Shown here: in pieces, positions 30,261-39,700 of the stretch
Layout of the letters: the number at the start of each line of letters is the position of its first letter
Position numbering within the stretch: position 1 is the first letter of the stretch
Assembly: GCA_024244705.1 (NCBI GenBank)
Contig: JAAEOK010000042.1
Span: 88,764 to 152,763 of the forward strand
DNA length: 64,000 nucleotides
Direction: 5' to 3'
DNA from: Alphaproteobacteria bacterium
GTDB taxonomy: Bacteria; Pseudomonadota; Alphaproteobacteria; JAAEOK01
The notes under the pieces: model-generated
What the model saw: only the letters and a program-made list of their open reading frames with translations
Told to the model about the DNA's origin: nothing
The model's database searches: none
Position numbers and translations under genes: made by a program

Positions 30261-31079
30261 CTAAGGTACCGGCAAATCCCGCAGGAACTTGTCGGTGTCC
30301 GCGTCGGCCGGAAACATGGTCTCGGTCCGCAGTTCCTGAAGCGTGACATCGTTTGGCGTGCCAAAGGTGGAGATCAAGGTGAAAAACCGGAGCACATTGC
30401 CATTCTTCTCTATATCGATCGCGATCATCGGATCGGTTTCCGCATCCGGCTCGAAGGCCTGCCACTGCGCCGGCACCCCGGGATAGCTCAACAGCTCCCC
30501 GATGAGCCGCACGGCCTCGGCGTCGTTTCCCGCTGCCGCCGTCTCGCGTTGCAGCCGTACTATGATCCCGGCGGCGACAGTCTCCCAATTCACGATCGCG
30601 GGACGGAGTCCGTTCGGGTCAAAAAAGGTCTTGAGCAGATTCGGCCGTGTCCCGTCCGCCGCCGCCAGCGGCATATCGAGGAATCCGATCAACCGTTGAA
30701 TGGCGCCGTTCGCCATGATCAGGTTCCACAGCCGGTCGATAACGACGGCCGGATAGGGCTCGTGATTGTCGAGCAAAAAACGGAGCGCCCTGGCGACCGG
30801 GGCCATCTCCGGCACCGACAGGTCGCGCGCCGGAAACGCCTCCGCATAGCCCGCCGCATTCAACAGCGTATTGCAATGGCGCAACGGCACATCCAGCACC
30901 GCGGCAAGATGCACCACCATGTCGCGGCTCGGCTTTGACCGCCCGGTTTCGATGAAGCTGAGATGACGCGCGGAGATATCGGCTTCGGTCGCGAGACGGA
31001 GCTGGCTCAGGCCGCGACGCCGTCGCCAATAGCGAAGTTGGCTGCCGAAGGTCGAAATAGACGGGGCGGCCATAGTCAT
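30261..31079 (-). CDS. XRE-family HTH transcriptional regulator with MmyB-like C-terminal ligand-binding domain
   Basis: N-terminal HTH (LRYWRRRRGLSQLRLATEADISARHLSFIETGR) and MmyB-like C-terminal region. Divergent from the downstream membrane-protein gene. Confidence 0.7.
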   Translation of the reverse strand: MTMAAPSISTFGSQLRYWRRRRGLSQLRLATEADISARHLSFIETGRSKPSRDMVVHLAAVLDVPLRHCNTLLNAAGYAEAFPARDLSVPEMAPVARALRFLLDNHEPYPAVVIDRLWNLIMANGAIQRLIGFLDMPLAAADGTRPNLLKTFFDPNGLRPAIVNWETVAAGIIVRLQRETAAAGNDAEAVRLIGELLSYPGVPAQWQAFEPDAETDPMIAIDIEKNGNVLRFFTLISTFGTPNDVTLQELRTETMFPADADTDKFLRDLPVP

Positions 31080-31292
31080 CGTCCTGGTTTCTTGCTTATA
31101 CAGATTCCCTGAATCGATCTTGACGCAACGGCTGCGCCGAGGCCATTACGTTAGAGGTAATTGGTCTGAATCTTCCTGAGGTCGAGCGCCCCGCGCAATG
31201 ATACACCGCAGTATCGACACGTCGACGGGAAACCATTTGAAAGCGCCTTACGTCCGGCGCAGTTTCGAATTCGACCGAAGGTTTTCGAGGCG

Positions 31293-33113
31293 ATGGCACG
31301 ATGCTTTCGCCGACGTACCCACATCGGGCGGCGCATGATCCTCGGAATAGTCCTTCTTTTCCTGCTTGTCGTCGGATCCCTCGGACTGGGGATACTTTCA
31401 ATCCGCGGACTGGGTCGTATCGGTGTGCTCACCCGGGCGCAGCCGCCTTCAATCGGCGAAACCGGATTGATGGGTCTCCTGACCCTCGCTTTGATCGCGC
31501 TTACAGTTCATTTCGCAATCCCTTTGGGTGGGCCCGTGCCCTGGATTGTCATCGGCGCCGGCGTCGCGGCCGCGGTCGTGTATTGTCGGTCGTTGTACAA
31601 GGCCTTCTCCCCGTCGCCGGTGGCCGGTCTCGCTTTGTTGCTCGCGTTGATCGTCATATTCGCGATTTACATCCCCGACCGCCCCCTAACATATGACAGC
31701 GGGTTTTATCATCTACAGGCGATGATGTGGATGCGGGACGAGCCGGTGATTTTCGGCTTGGCCCAAATCCACGGCCGATTCGGGTTCAATTCCGTGTGGC
31801 TCGGTGTCGGCGCCTTGGCCTGGCTGCCTGGATTCGGTGTGCGCGGCATTTTTTTGGCCGAAGCCCTGCCGGTCTTATTCGTGTTGCACGCGCTCATGCA
31901 GCATGTGCTGGCGGCGGAGAGATGGCGGGCGCTCCCCCTGTCGACGAGTTTCGCCGCCCTGACGCTCATATTCTTGCTGCTCCGCGGCAACTACTTTCTC
32001 ATCACCGGCATAACGTCGACCGACAATGTCACCGCCATGCTTGTCGTAATGTCCGTGTACCTGTTCCTTCGCACCGTCGATAGGGGCTGTTTCGGGAACG
32101 CGGAAGAGATATCGGACTTTCGGCTGGATGCGGTAATTCTGGCGTTGTTGTCGGTGATGACGATATTGGTAAAGCTCGCGCTCGTGCCGGTATTGCTATT
32201 GCCGATCGGTATCGTTGCGGCATCGTGGATCGGCCGCCTTCCCAAGCTGCCCGTGTTTCGACTGGGCCTGGTGGTCGGCGTCATCGGAATGCTGTGGTCG
32301 TTGCGGGCCTTCGTGCTCACCGGATGCTTGGTCTATCCGTCGGCACCGACATGCTTTCACACCCTCCCATGGGCGGTGCGCGCCCTCGACGTTCAGCTCG
32401 AATCCACCCATATCCACATGTTCCCGCGATTTCTCAGCAATGAGCCGCTCTTGCATCGCATGTACGGCGACAATTGGGCATGGGTTCCGACATGGTTCGA
32501 TATTATCTGGAACACTCGCGTGCCGAGACTGAGCAAAATGCCGAAAGCCATCGCAATTGTCACGGCGATCGCCGTCCTGGTTCGTGCTCTAGAGCTCGTT
32601 GTTCGACCACCGCCGAGGTCGAGAACATCCTCGGGAGATAGACGGTTGGCTTGGGCCGCCCTGTTCTGGTTGGGCTTGACGATCCTGGTTTGTATCGCGT
32701 TCTGGTTCCTGCTGGGTCCTCAGCCGCGATACATAGTGGGCCCGTTCGTGGCCTTGGCCGTCTTGCCGGGTACGATGATTCTGTGGCCCGGCGTCGCCGA
32801 TTTCAATATCGGGCGCGGTGGGCGCGCCGTGATCCTCCCCTTCTACGCCCTGGTTTTTGCATTTTTCGTAACCACCCTGGACCTTCGATGGCGAAGCTGG
32901 GCGCCGGACCCGGCCGAATTGCGCCCCAGTGTCGATCGCCACACAACGATCGACGGCGTGACCATTTTCGAGCCCCGCAGCGGACAACAATGCTATATGG
33001 CGCCTAAACCTTGTGCTCCCGACGTCAATCCCTATCTGGTTTTCGACCGCTTAGGCCCATATCTGATGATCCGAAACGAGGCTCCGGACGGCTTCGCCGT
33101 TCCACGGACATGA
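31293..33113 (+). CDS. large polytopic membrane protein of unknown function (at least 13 TM, possible GT-C-fold glycosyltransferase-like)
   Basis: Hydrophobicity pattern only. No recognised motif. Start may be the Met at codon 15. Confidence 0.5.
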   Translation: MARCFRRRTHIGRRMILGIVLLFLLVVGSLGLGILSIRGLGRIGVLTRAQPPSIGETGLMGLLTLALIALTVHFAIPLGGPVPWIVIGAGVAAAVVYCRSLYKAFSPSPVAGLALLLALIVIFAIYIPDRPLTYDSGFYHLQAMMWMRDEPVIFGLAQIHGRFGFNSVWLGVGALAWLPGFGVRGIFLAEALPVLFVLHALMQHVLAAERWRALPLSTSFAALTLIFLLLRGNYFLITGITSTDNVTAMLVVMSVYLFLRTVDRGCFGNAEEISDFRLDAVILALLSVMTILVKLALVPVLLLPIGIVAASWIGRLPKLPVFRLGLVVGVIGMLWSLRAFVLTGCLVYPSAPTCFHTLPWAVRALDVQLESTHIHMFPRFLSNEPLLHRMYGDNWAWVPTWFDIIWNTRVPRLSKMPKAIAIVTAIAVLVRALELVVRPPPRSRTSSGDRRLAWAALFWLGLTILVCIAFWFLLGPQPRYIVGPFVALAVLPGTMILWPGVADFNIGRGGRAVILPFYALVFAFFVTTLDLRWRSWAPDPAELRPSVDRHTTIDGVTIFEPRSGQQCYMAPKPCAPDVNPYLVFDRLGPYLMIRNEAPDGFAVPRT

Positions 33114-33223
33114 TCCGTTCCCAGGTCCAAAATACCGCAATTTGAATGCCTCGGCGGCTCATTGACCCGGGCGCGGCGAGGCCGATAGAGTGCCGCATCA
33201 ATTCAACCAGAAAGGGGCCGCAA

Positions 33224-34468
33224 ATGCCCGCCGACGTCAGTCTCGACATCGAATTTGTTCGCGCGCAGTTTCCGCCCTTGGCGGATGGGTGGGCCTTTCT
33301 CGAAAACGCCGGCGGCTCTTATGTTCCTGGTTCGGTGATCGACAGTACCGTCGCTTATATGAGCGAATCTCAGGTGCAGCCGGGCATCGTCGGCGCGTCG
33401 AAATTGGCATCCGAGAGAATTGCCGCTGGGCAGAATGGAATCGCGACGGCGCTTGGCGCCGAGGCCGACGAAGTCATCATCGGTCCTTCGACCTCAATGA
33501 ACGTCTACGTCTTGTCGCACGCCGTTCGACCCTGGCTCCGGCCAGGCGACGAGGTGATCGTGACCAATCTCGACCATGAAGCCAACAACACGCCGTGGCG
33601 GCGCCTAGAAGAGATTGGTGTTACCGTCAAGGAGTGGTGCTTCAACCCCGATACGGGGGGACTCGATTCGGATGCCCTGAGCGCACTGCTTACCGACCGA
33701 ACCCGATTCGTGTGTTTCTCCGCGTGCTCGAATATTACCGGCACGATCAACGATGTCGCCGGCCTTACGGCGCTTGCTCACGAGGCCGGTGCCGTCGTCT
33801 GTGTCGATGCGGTCGCCCTCGGATCCCATCGGGCGATTGACGTCAAGGCGCTCGATGTCGACTTTCTCGCTTGCAGCATTTACAAGCTCTATGGCCCGCA
33901 CGTTGCCGCCCTTTATGGGAAGCGTGAGCATTTCCTGCGGGCCAAAGGCCAAAACCACTATTTCTTCGGCGAGGATACCATTCCGCTGAAGCTCAATCCG
34001 GGCGGCGTGAACCACGAATTCACGGCCGCGCTCAAGGGTGTCATCGATTATTTCGACAGCGTTTACGCGTACCATTTCATGACCCCGGCAAACGACGTTC
34101 AAGCCCGCGTCCGCGCCGTCTATGGGTTGTTCGAGGATTTCGAGGAACGGCTGGTCACGCCATTCGTCGACTATCTGGAGAGCACCCCTTCGATCCGCCT
34201 GCTCGGCCTGATGACCGCCGATAAGACGCGGCGGGTGCCAACTTTCTCAATCGACGTGCCGGGCAAGGACCTGGCCGCGATACAGGCCATGGCCGCGGCG
34301 CGGCAGGTCAATATCGGCCTTAGTCACTTCTACGCGCCGCGCGCACTCGAAGGCTACGGCCTCGATGCCGAACGCGGCGTGCTGCGCATCAGCATGGTGC
34401 ATTACAACAATGCCGACGACGTGCAACGGGCCATAGCGGCCATCGACGAGGCGCTTTCGGCTGGCTAG
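33224..34468 (+). CDS. aminotransferase class V-fold PLP-dependent enzyme (cysteine desulfurase-like)
   Basis: PLP-lysine context ACSIYKLYGPH. Class V fold features (VTNLDHEANNTPW, FSACSNITG). Start at the internal Met MPADVS. Confidence 0.75.
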   Translation: MPADVSLDIEFVRAQFPPLADGWAFLENAGGSYVPGSVIDSTVAYMSESQVQPGIVGASKLASERIAAGQNGIATALGAEADEVIIGPSTSMNVYVLSHAVRPWLRPGDEVIVTNLDHEANNTPWRRLEEIGVTVKEWCFNPDTGGLDSDALSALLTDRTRFVCFSACSNITGTINDVAGLTALAHEAGAVVCVDAVALGSHRAIDVKALDVDFLACSIYKLYGPHVAALYGKREHFLRAKGQNHYFFGEDTIPLKLNPGGVNHEFTAALKGVIDYFDSVYAYHFMTPANDVQARVRAVYGLFEDFEERLVTPFVDYLESTPSIRLLGLMTADKTRRVPTFSIDVPGKDLAAIQAMAAARQVNIGLSHFYAPRALEGYGLDAERGVLRISMVHYNNADDVQRAIAAIDEALSAG

Positions 34469-34549
34469 ACGCCGAGGATTTCCGTTGTCGTTGAACCGCC
34501 ACATGCGTGCGGCCGCCGGCGCCGAATATCGGCGCGATATTGCAGGGTG

Positions 34550-35335
34550 TCAGGGTCGCGCGCCGGCCGCCTCGAGCAGGGCCGCGATCGTCGTATAGCC
34601 GCGTTGACGGGCCAGGCTGAGCGGCCGTGTCCCGCGCCCGTCGGCGAGGTCGATATCGGCGCCGGCCTCGATCAACGATCGAACGATCGCGATATGATTC
34701 GGCCCGCCGTCGCCAAGAACGATTGCCTCGATCAAGGCCGTCCAAGCAAGATTGTTGACGTGGTCGAGAGGTGCGCCGCCATCGATGAGGGCCTGCACGA
34801 CATCGACATGGCCGAGGTGCGATGCGGCGATCAATGCCGTGCCCTGGTAAGGGCTGGTGACAAGTCCGGTATCGGCCCCCGAGGCGATGGCGAGATTGAC
34901 CATGTCGATATCGTCGATGACCGCGGCGATGGTGAGCACATCGTATTGATCCCCATCGAGGGCATTGATATCGGCGCCGGCTGCGATCAGCGCCTGGGCG
35001 GCACCGAGATCCCGTTGATAGCCGGCGATCATCAACGGTGTTCGGCCATGCCCATCGCGCACGTCAACACCGTCTCCCGCGGACACCAAACGCTGGATCT
35101 CGCTGATATCGCCGGCTATCGCGGCCTTGTGGAGGCCGTCATAGGCCGAGACTTCATGCGATGACGGTGCAGTCTGAATTTGTTGATACCCGGAAAACGG
35201 CTCGATCACGGTCGAGCCTACCATTTGCCCGAAGTAAGGCGAAGCCAGGACCTCTCCACACAAGGAGCAGGCGACAACGGTTGCGGCGAACAAGCCCGAT
35301 ATTCGGTCGAGTCGATTGTTGGATGTCCACCTCAT
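34550..35335 (-). CDS. ankyrin-repeat protein, probable lipoprotein/periplasmic
   Basis: Lipobox-like TVVAC after a signal sequence. At least 5 ankyrin repeats (GRTPLMIAGYQRDLGAAQALIAAGADINALD etc.). Confidence 0.75.
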   Translation of the reverse strand: MRWTSNNRLDRISGLFAATVVACSLCGEVLASPYFGQMVGSTVIEPFSGYQQIQTAPSSHEVSAYDGLHKAAIAGDISEIQRLVSAGDGVDVRDGHGRTPLMIAGYQRDLGAAQALIAAGADINALDGDQYDVLTIAAVIDDIDMVNLAIASGADTGLVTSPYQGTALIAASHLGHVDVVQALIDGGAPLDHVNNLAWTALIEAIVLGDGGPNHIAIVRSLIEAGADIDLADGRGTRPLSLARQRGYTTIAALLEAAGARP

Positions 35336-36183
35336 TGACCGACCTGCTGGTCTGCCGATTTGACGCTATCAAGGCGCACATTCACGGCGCCCGCAGGATT
35401 GTGATTTGGCCGCCGCCAGCGTCTTAGGGATATCGGGCGTGCCCATCTCGAAATCCAACGCAGCTTGGGACGCGGGCGGAGCCAATCGTGCAACCTATCG
35501 ATATCGACGCGCGCGGGCCGGACGATCGGACCGTTGGCGAGACGATGGCTGCGTCCGCTCAGACCATTCTTCTTGCATAGCAAACTGAAGATCGACTGGT
35601 CGTGACGATGGTCACGAAAGCCGGCCATGTTGGATTTGCCACATTCATTTTCGGCATCGGACAAGATTCTCGGGTCCAGGGCGAACCGCAGCCATTCGGC
35701 GACAAAGGTGCGACTAAATTCGTTGCAAACGAATATCAGTAATCCTGTCTCGATCTGCTTGTCGTCATGGAATTCCGCGCGGTCGCAATCCATCAGAATG
35801 AAGGCGTCGCGCTTCGTCCAGGTCCGCTCGGTACCGGTATCGCAAACGAATCCAAGCACGCCGGGAGTCTCGTCGCAACATAGGCGCACAAGGGGTTCCA
35901 CCGATCGAATAAACACGGAACCGGAATCGCAATAGATCAGAACGTCGCCCGGTTCCGCCTTCTCGAGCGCATCGGCAATGATATAAGGTTTCCACAACCA
36001 ATAGCCGGCGCCCCGATCCTGGTCCAAGACCTCCTTGTTCTTGCGTCGGAAGGCCTCATCGAGATCACCGGCGCCATAAGACCAACAAAGGTCGATACGG
36101 CCGGCCGTTAGCCCTGTCCACGTATTTCGAACCTGGGATTTCAAGAACGGGCAGTCGGCATAATTGATGAGGACGGTTTTCAA
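35332..36183 (-). CDS. hypothetical protein, possibly nucleotide-sugar-dependent glycosyltransferase-like (GYWLWKPYII motif). Lower local GC. Arg/Trp-rich C-terminus.
   Basis: ORF with an ATGA overlap onto the ankyrin gene start. Motif recognition is weak. GC visibly lower between roughly 35600 and 36180. Confidence 0.4.
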   Translation of the reverse strand: MKTVLINYADCPFLKSQVRNTWTGLTAGRIDLCWSYGAGDLDEAFRRKNKEVLDQDRGAGYWLWKPYIIADALEKAEPGDVLIYCDSGSVFIRSVEPLVRLCCDETPGVLGFVCDTGTERTWTKRDAFILMDCDRAEFHDDKQIETGLLIFVCNEFSRTFVAEWLRFALDPRILSDAENECGKSNMAGFRDHRHDQSIFSLLCKKNGLSGRSHRLANGPIVRPARVDIDRLHDWLRPRPKLRWISRWARPISLRRWRRPNHNPAGAVNVRLDSVKSADQQVGQ

Positions 36184-36209
36184 TTGAACGAGAATCCCAC
36201 AATTGATTC

Positions 36210-38921
36210 TTAAGAGTTGGGTAAACGCCCCAGCGCCTCTACCAACCGATTCCGCGTGCGTTCCGCCTCTTCCCGCCGCTCGCGTTGGGTGGCGACGACA
36301 TCGGTCGGCGCCTTGGCCAGGAACCCCTTATTGCCAAGTTTCTTATCGATCTTGTCGATTTCGCCGCCGAGCTTCTCGATCTCCTTCCGCAACCGGGCCG
36401 ATTCCGCAGCGACATCGATGAAGTCGCCAAGCGATAGAGCAAATACCGCACCGTCCTTGACGATCTGCACCGCGTCACCCGGCAGCTTGTTATCGAACTC
36501 GATCTGAGCCAGTCCGCCTAGTCGTCGGATCCGCTCGCGATGGCCCTCCAATCGCGCCGAGAGAATCGGATCCGGATCCTGTACCGTGAGGGGAACCTTG
36601 GCCTTGGCCGGCACATTCATCTCCGACCGCACGGCGCGAATTTCACTGACGATCGATACGATGGCCTCTATTTCGGCGGCGGCGACGCCATCCACGAGAT
36701 CCGGCGCATAGTCCGGCCAATCTGTCGTAATCAGTAGCCCATCGCGCTTGGGTCCCAGTTCGCCCCACAGCTCTTCGGTAATGAACGGCATAAGGGGATG
36801 CAGCATGATCAGAAGTTGGTCGAGCGCCCACCCCGCGGTCGCCCGCGTCTCGTCATCGATGACACCGCTGCGGTCGTCGGGTTTGATGAACTCGATGTAC
36901 CAGTCACAAAAGCTGTGCCAAATGAAATGATAGAGTTCGTTGGCCGCATCATTGAATCGATAGGCCTCCATCGCGGTCCGCAGCCGTTCTTCCAAGCTCG
37001 CGATTCCGCTGACGACCCATCGGTTGACGGCCTGTGTCGCCGATGCGGGATCGAATGCGGGGTTCGATAGGCAGCCGTTCATCTGACAGAATCGCGATGC
37101 CTGCCACAGTTTCGTGGCGAAGTTGCGATAACCTTCGATGCGGGTTTCCGCCAACTTTACGTCGCGACCGGGCACCGCGAGAGCCGCCAGGGTAAACCGC
37201 AGCGCGTCGGAACCAAAACTGTCGATGATGTCTAGCGGATCGACGATATTGCCCCGGGATTTCGACATCTTCTGACCCTTGGCGTCCCGCACCAGGGCAT
37301 GGATGTAGACGGTGTGAAATGGCACATCACCCATGAAATGGACGCCCATCATCATCATCCGTGCGACCCAGAAGAAGATGATATCGAACCCGGTCACCAG
37401 CACGTCACCGGGATAGTAGCGGGCCAATTCGGGGGTCTCCTCGGGCCAGCCGAGGGTCGAAAACGGCCATAACGCGGAAGAGAACCAGGTGTCGAGCACA
37501 TCGGGGTCGCGCTCGAGCGCCACCTTTTTTCCGTAGTGCGCGGCGGCGGCGGCTTCAGCCTCCTGCTCGGAGTATTCGACGAAGATGTGCCCGTCGGGTC
37601 CGTACCAGGCCGGGATCTGGTGGCCCCACCAAATCTGGCGCGACACGCACCATGGCTGAATATTCCGCATCCACTCGAAGTACGTATTTTCCCAGTTCTT
37701 AGGCACAAAAACCGTGCGTCCCTGCTCGACCGCCTCGATACACGGTCCAGCCAGCGTTTTCGCATCGACGAACCATTGATCGGTCAGCCACGGCTCGATC
37801 GGAACGCCTGATCGGTCGCCATAGGGCACGACATGGATCGGTTCCTCGATTTTTTCGAGCAGGCCGCGCGCCGTCATCTCGGCGACAATTATCTCCCGCG
37901 CTTCATATCGGTCGAGACCGCGGTAGGCCTCGGGAACCCAGTCGATGCACGGCGTAGACTCGTCATCGTCGCTGTCGCCCAGTCGAAATGTCGTCTCGGC
38001 GTTCTCGGGTCCAATAACCCGCGCCTCGGAATCGAAGATGTTCAGCGCCGCCAGATTGTGGCGCCGGCCAACTTCGAAATCATTGAAATCATGGGCCGGG
38101 GTGATCTTGACGGCGCCACTGCCCTGCTCGGGATCGGCGTATTCGTCGGCAACGATGGGGCAGCGATAGCCGGTGATGGGTTGAAGCGCGAACTTGCCGT
38201 GAAGATCGGCATAGCGCGGGTCGTCGGGATGGACGGCAACCCCGGTGTCACCGAGCATCGTCTCCGGGCGCGTTGTGGCAACGGTGACAAAATGTCCGTC
38301 CTCGCCTTCGATCGGATAATTGAAATACCACAGCTTGCCCTTGATCTCTCGCTGCTCGACTTCGAGGTCGGAGATCGCGGTATGCAGTTTCGGGTCCCAG
38401 TTGACCAACCGCTTGGCGCGATAGATCAAACCCTGCTTGTGGAGATCGACGAAGACCTTACGCACCGCACCGGACGGCCCCTCGTCCATGGTAAAGCATT
38501 CTCGCGGCCAGTCGGCCGACGCACCCAAGCGACGCAACTGCTGCAATATCGTGCCGCCGGAGTGCGCCCGCCAATCCCAGACCTTGGCAACAAAACCCTC
38601 TCGGCCGAGATCGTGCCGCGTCTTCCCTTCCTCGGCGAGATTGCGTTCGACGACCATCTGGGTCGCGATGCCGGCATGGTCCGTTCCCGGTTGCCACAGG
38701 GCATCGCGGCCGCGCATCCGGTAATAGCGGATCAGCACGTCTTGGATGGTGAACGTAAGCGCGTGGCCGATATGGAGGCTCCCAGTCACGTTGGGAGGCG
38801 GCATTATGATTGTATAGGGCGTCTTTTCGGACCCGAGATGCGCCGCAAAGGCACCATCCGCTTCCCACCGGTCGTAGAGCTTTGCCTCGACCTCGGCCGG
38901 CCGATAGGATTTGTCCAGCAT
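36210..38921 (-). CDS. valS: valine--tRNA ligase
   Basis: HIGH motif (PPPNVTGSLHIGHAL), KMSKS (KMSKSRGN), editing domain and C-terminal coiled coil. 903 aa. Confidence 0.9.
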   Translation of the reverse strand: MLDKSYRPAEVEAKLYDRWEADGAFAAHLGSEKTPYTIIMPPPNVTGSLHIGHALTFTIQDVLIRYYRMRGRDALWQPGTDHAGIATQMVVERNLAEEGKTRHDLGREGFVAKVWDWRAHSGGTILQQLRRLGASADWPRECFTMDEGPSGAVRKVFVDLHKQGLIYRAKRLVNWDPKLHTAISDLEVEQREIKGKLWYFNYPIEGEDGHFVTVATTRPETMLGDTGVAVHPDDPRYADLHGKFALQPITGYRCPIVADEYADPEQGSGAVKITPAHDFNDFEVGRRHNLAALNIFDSEARVIGPENAETTFRLGDSDDDESTPCIDWVPEAYRGLDRYEAREIIVAEMTARGLLEKIEEPIHVVPYGDRSGVPIEPWLTDQWFVDAKTLAGPCIEAVEQGRTVFVPKNWENTYFEWMRNIQPWCVSRQIWWGHQIPAWYGPDGHIFVEYSEQEAEAAAAAHYGKKVALERDPDVLDTWFSSALWPFSTLGWPEETPELARYYPGDVLVTGFDIIFFWVARMMMMGVHFMGDVPFHTVYIHALVRDAKGQKMSKSRGNIVDPLDIIDSFGSDALRFTLAALAVPGRDVKLAETRIEGYRNFATKLWQASRFCQMNGCLSNPAFDPASATQAVNRWVVSGIASLEERLRTAMEAYRFNDAANELYHFIWHSFCDWYIEFIKPDDRSGVIDDETRATAGWALDQLLIMLHPLMPFITEELWGELGPKRDGLLITTDWPDYAPDLVDGVAAAEIEAIVSIVSEIRAVRSEMNVPAKAKVPLTVQDPDPILSARLEGHRERIRRLGGLAQIEFDNKLPGDAVQIVKDGAVFALSLGDFIDVAAESARLRKEIEKLGGEIDKIDKKLGNKGFLAKAPTDVVATQRERREEAERTRNRLVEALGRLPNS

Positions 38922-39063
38922 TGCTGAATCCGTTTGGTTGTTCAGATCTCCGGGAGCGCTGTTTTAGCCGAACCGTTCCGCAATTTCATAGGGTTTTTGC
39001 GAACCGACAGCGACTTCTGATCTGACTTGGCAGCGGCCTCGGGACGTGTCGTGGCCAAGCCGG

Positions 39064-39642
39064 TCAATCGGCCTTATCGCGAATGACCTTCTTTATTTCC
39101 TGCCTGACCAACCGCTCGACCAAGTCGGGGAGGTTTTCGTCGAGCCATGCTTTGAGCATCGGCCGCAACGACGAGCCGACCAATTCCTCGATCGTCATAT
39201 CCGCCGTCATCGCGGACCTAAGCTGTGAGCTCGAATTTTCCGATCCTTCCCGTCCGGCCATGGTACCGGCCAATCTACTGACCGCTTGGGAGGTTGCCGA
39301 CGCGACGTCTTCCCTATTGACGGCGTCGGAGGACTGCGCCGACGGATTGGGACGGGCTTCGCCACGATCCTCGTCGACACGGTGCGGGCTTGATGGCGAG
39401 AGCCGCCCAGATTGGGCACTATCGGAGGACTCGATTGCGGCATCATCTTTGGCGGCGATGCGGCGGTCTCGCTCGACCACTTCGGTCGAAAGCAGCACGT
39501 CGTCGTCGATCGGAGAAGGCCCTTCGGTCGTGCAATCACGACCCTTGACCTGGCACGGCTTATCGCTGTCCGCCGTTACAATGCGTCGAATCGAAGCGAG
39601 AATCTCCTCCATCGATTCGGTGTCGTCGGCGCGATCCTTCAT
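39064..39642 (-). CDS. DUF2497 domain-containing protein
   Basis: Conserved N-terminal MEEILASIRRIV and C-terminal LRPMLKAWLDENLPDLVERLVRQEI segments with a low-complexity middle. Conserved tolC-DUF2497-valS arrangement of alphaproteobacteria. Confidence 0.7.
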   Translation of the reverse strand: MKDRADDTESMEEILASIRRIVTADSDKPCQVKGRDCTTEGPSPIDDDVLLSTEVVERDRRIAAKDDAAIESSDSAQSGRLSPSSPHRVDEDRGEARPNPSAQSSDAVNREDVASATSQAVSRLAGTMAGREGSENSSSQLRSAMTADMTIEELVGSSLRPMLKAWLDENLPDLVERLVRQEIKKVIRDKAD

Positions 39643-39700
39643 GCTAGGACAATACCGCAATAACGTCTTGCAAGCCGTTGAAATATAATTCGGTTATACT

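Noticed and set aside
34468-34550. Short palindrome GCGCCGAATATCGGCGC between the convergent PLP-enzyme and ankyrin genes
   Set aside because: Possibly a terminator hairpin, but 7-bp stem, no U-tract and low distinctiveness. Too weak to call.
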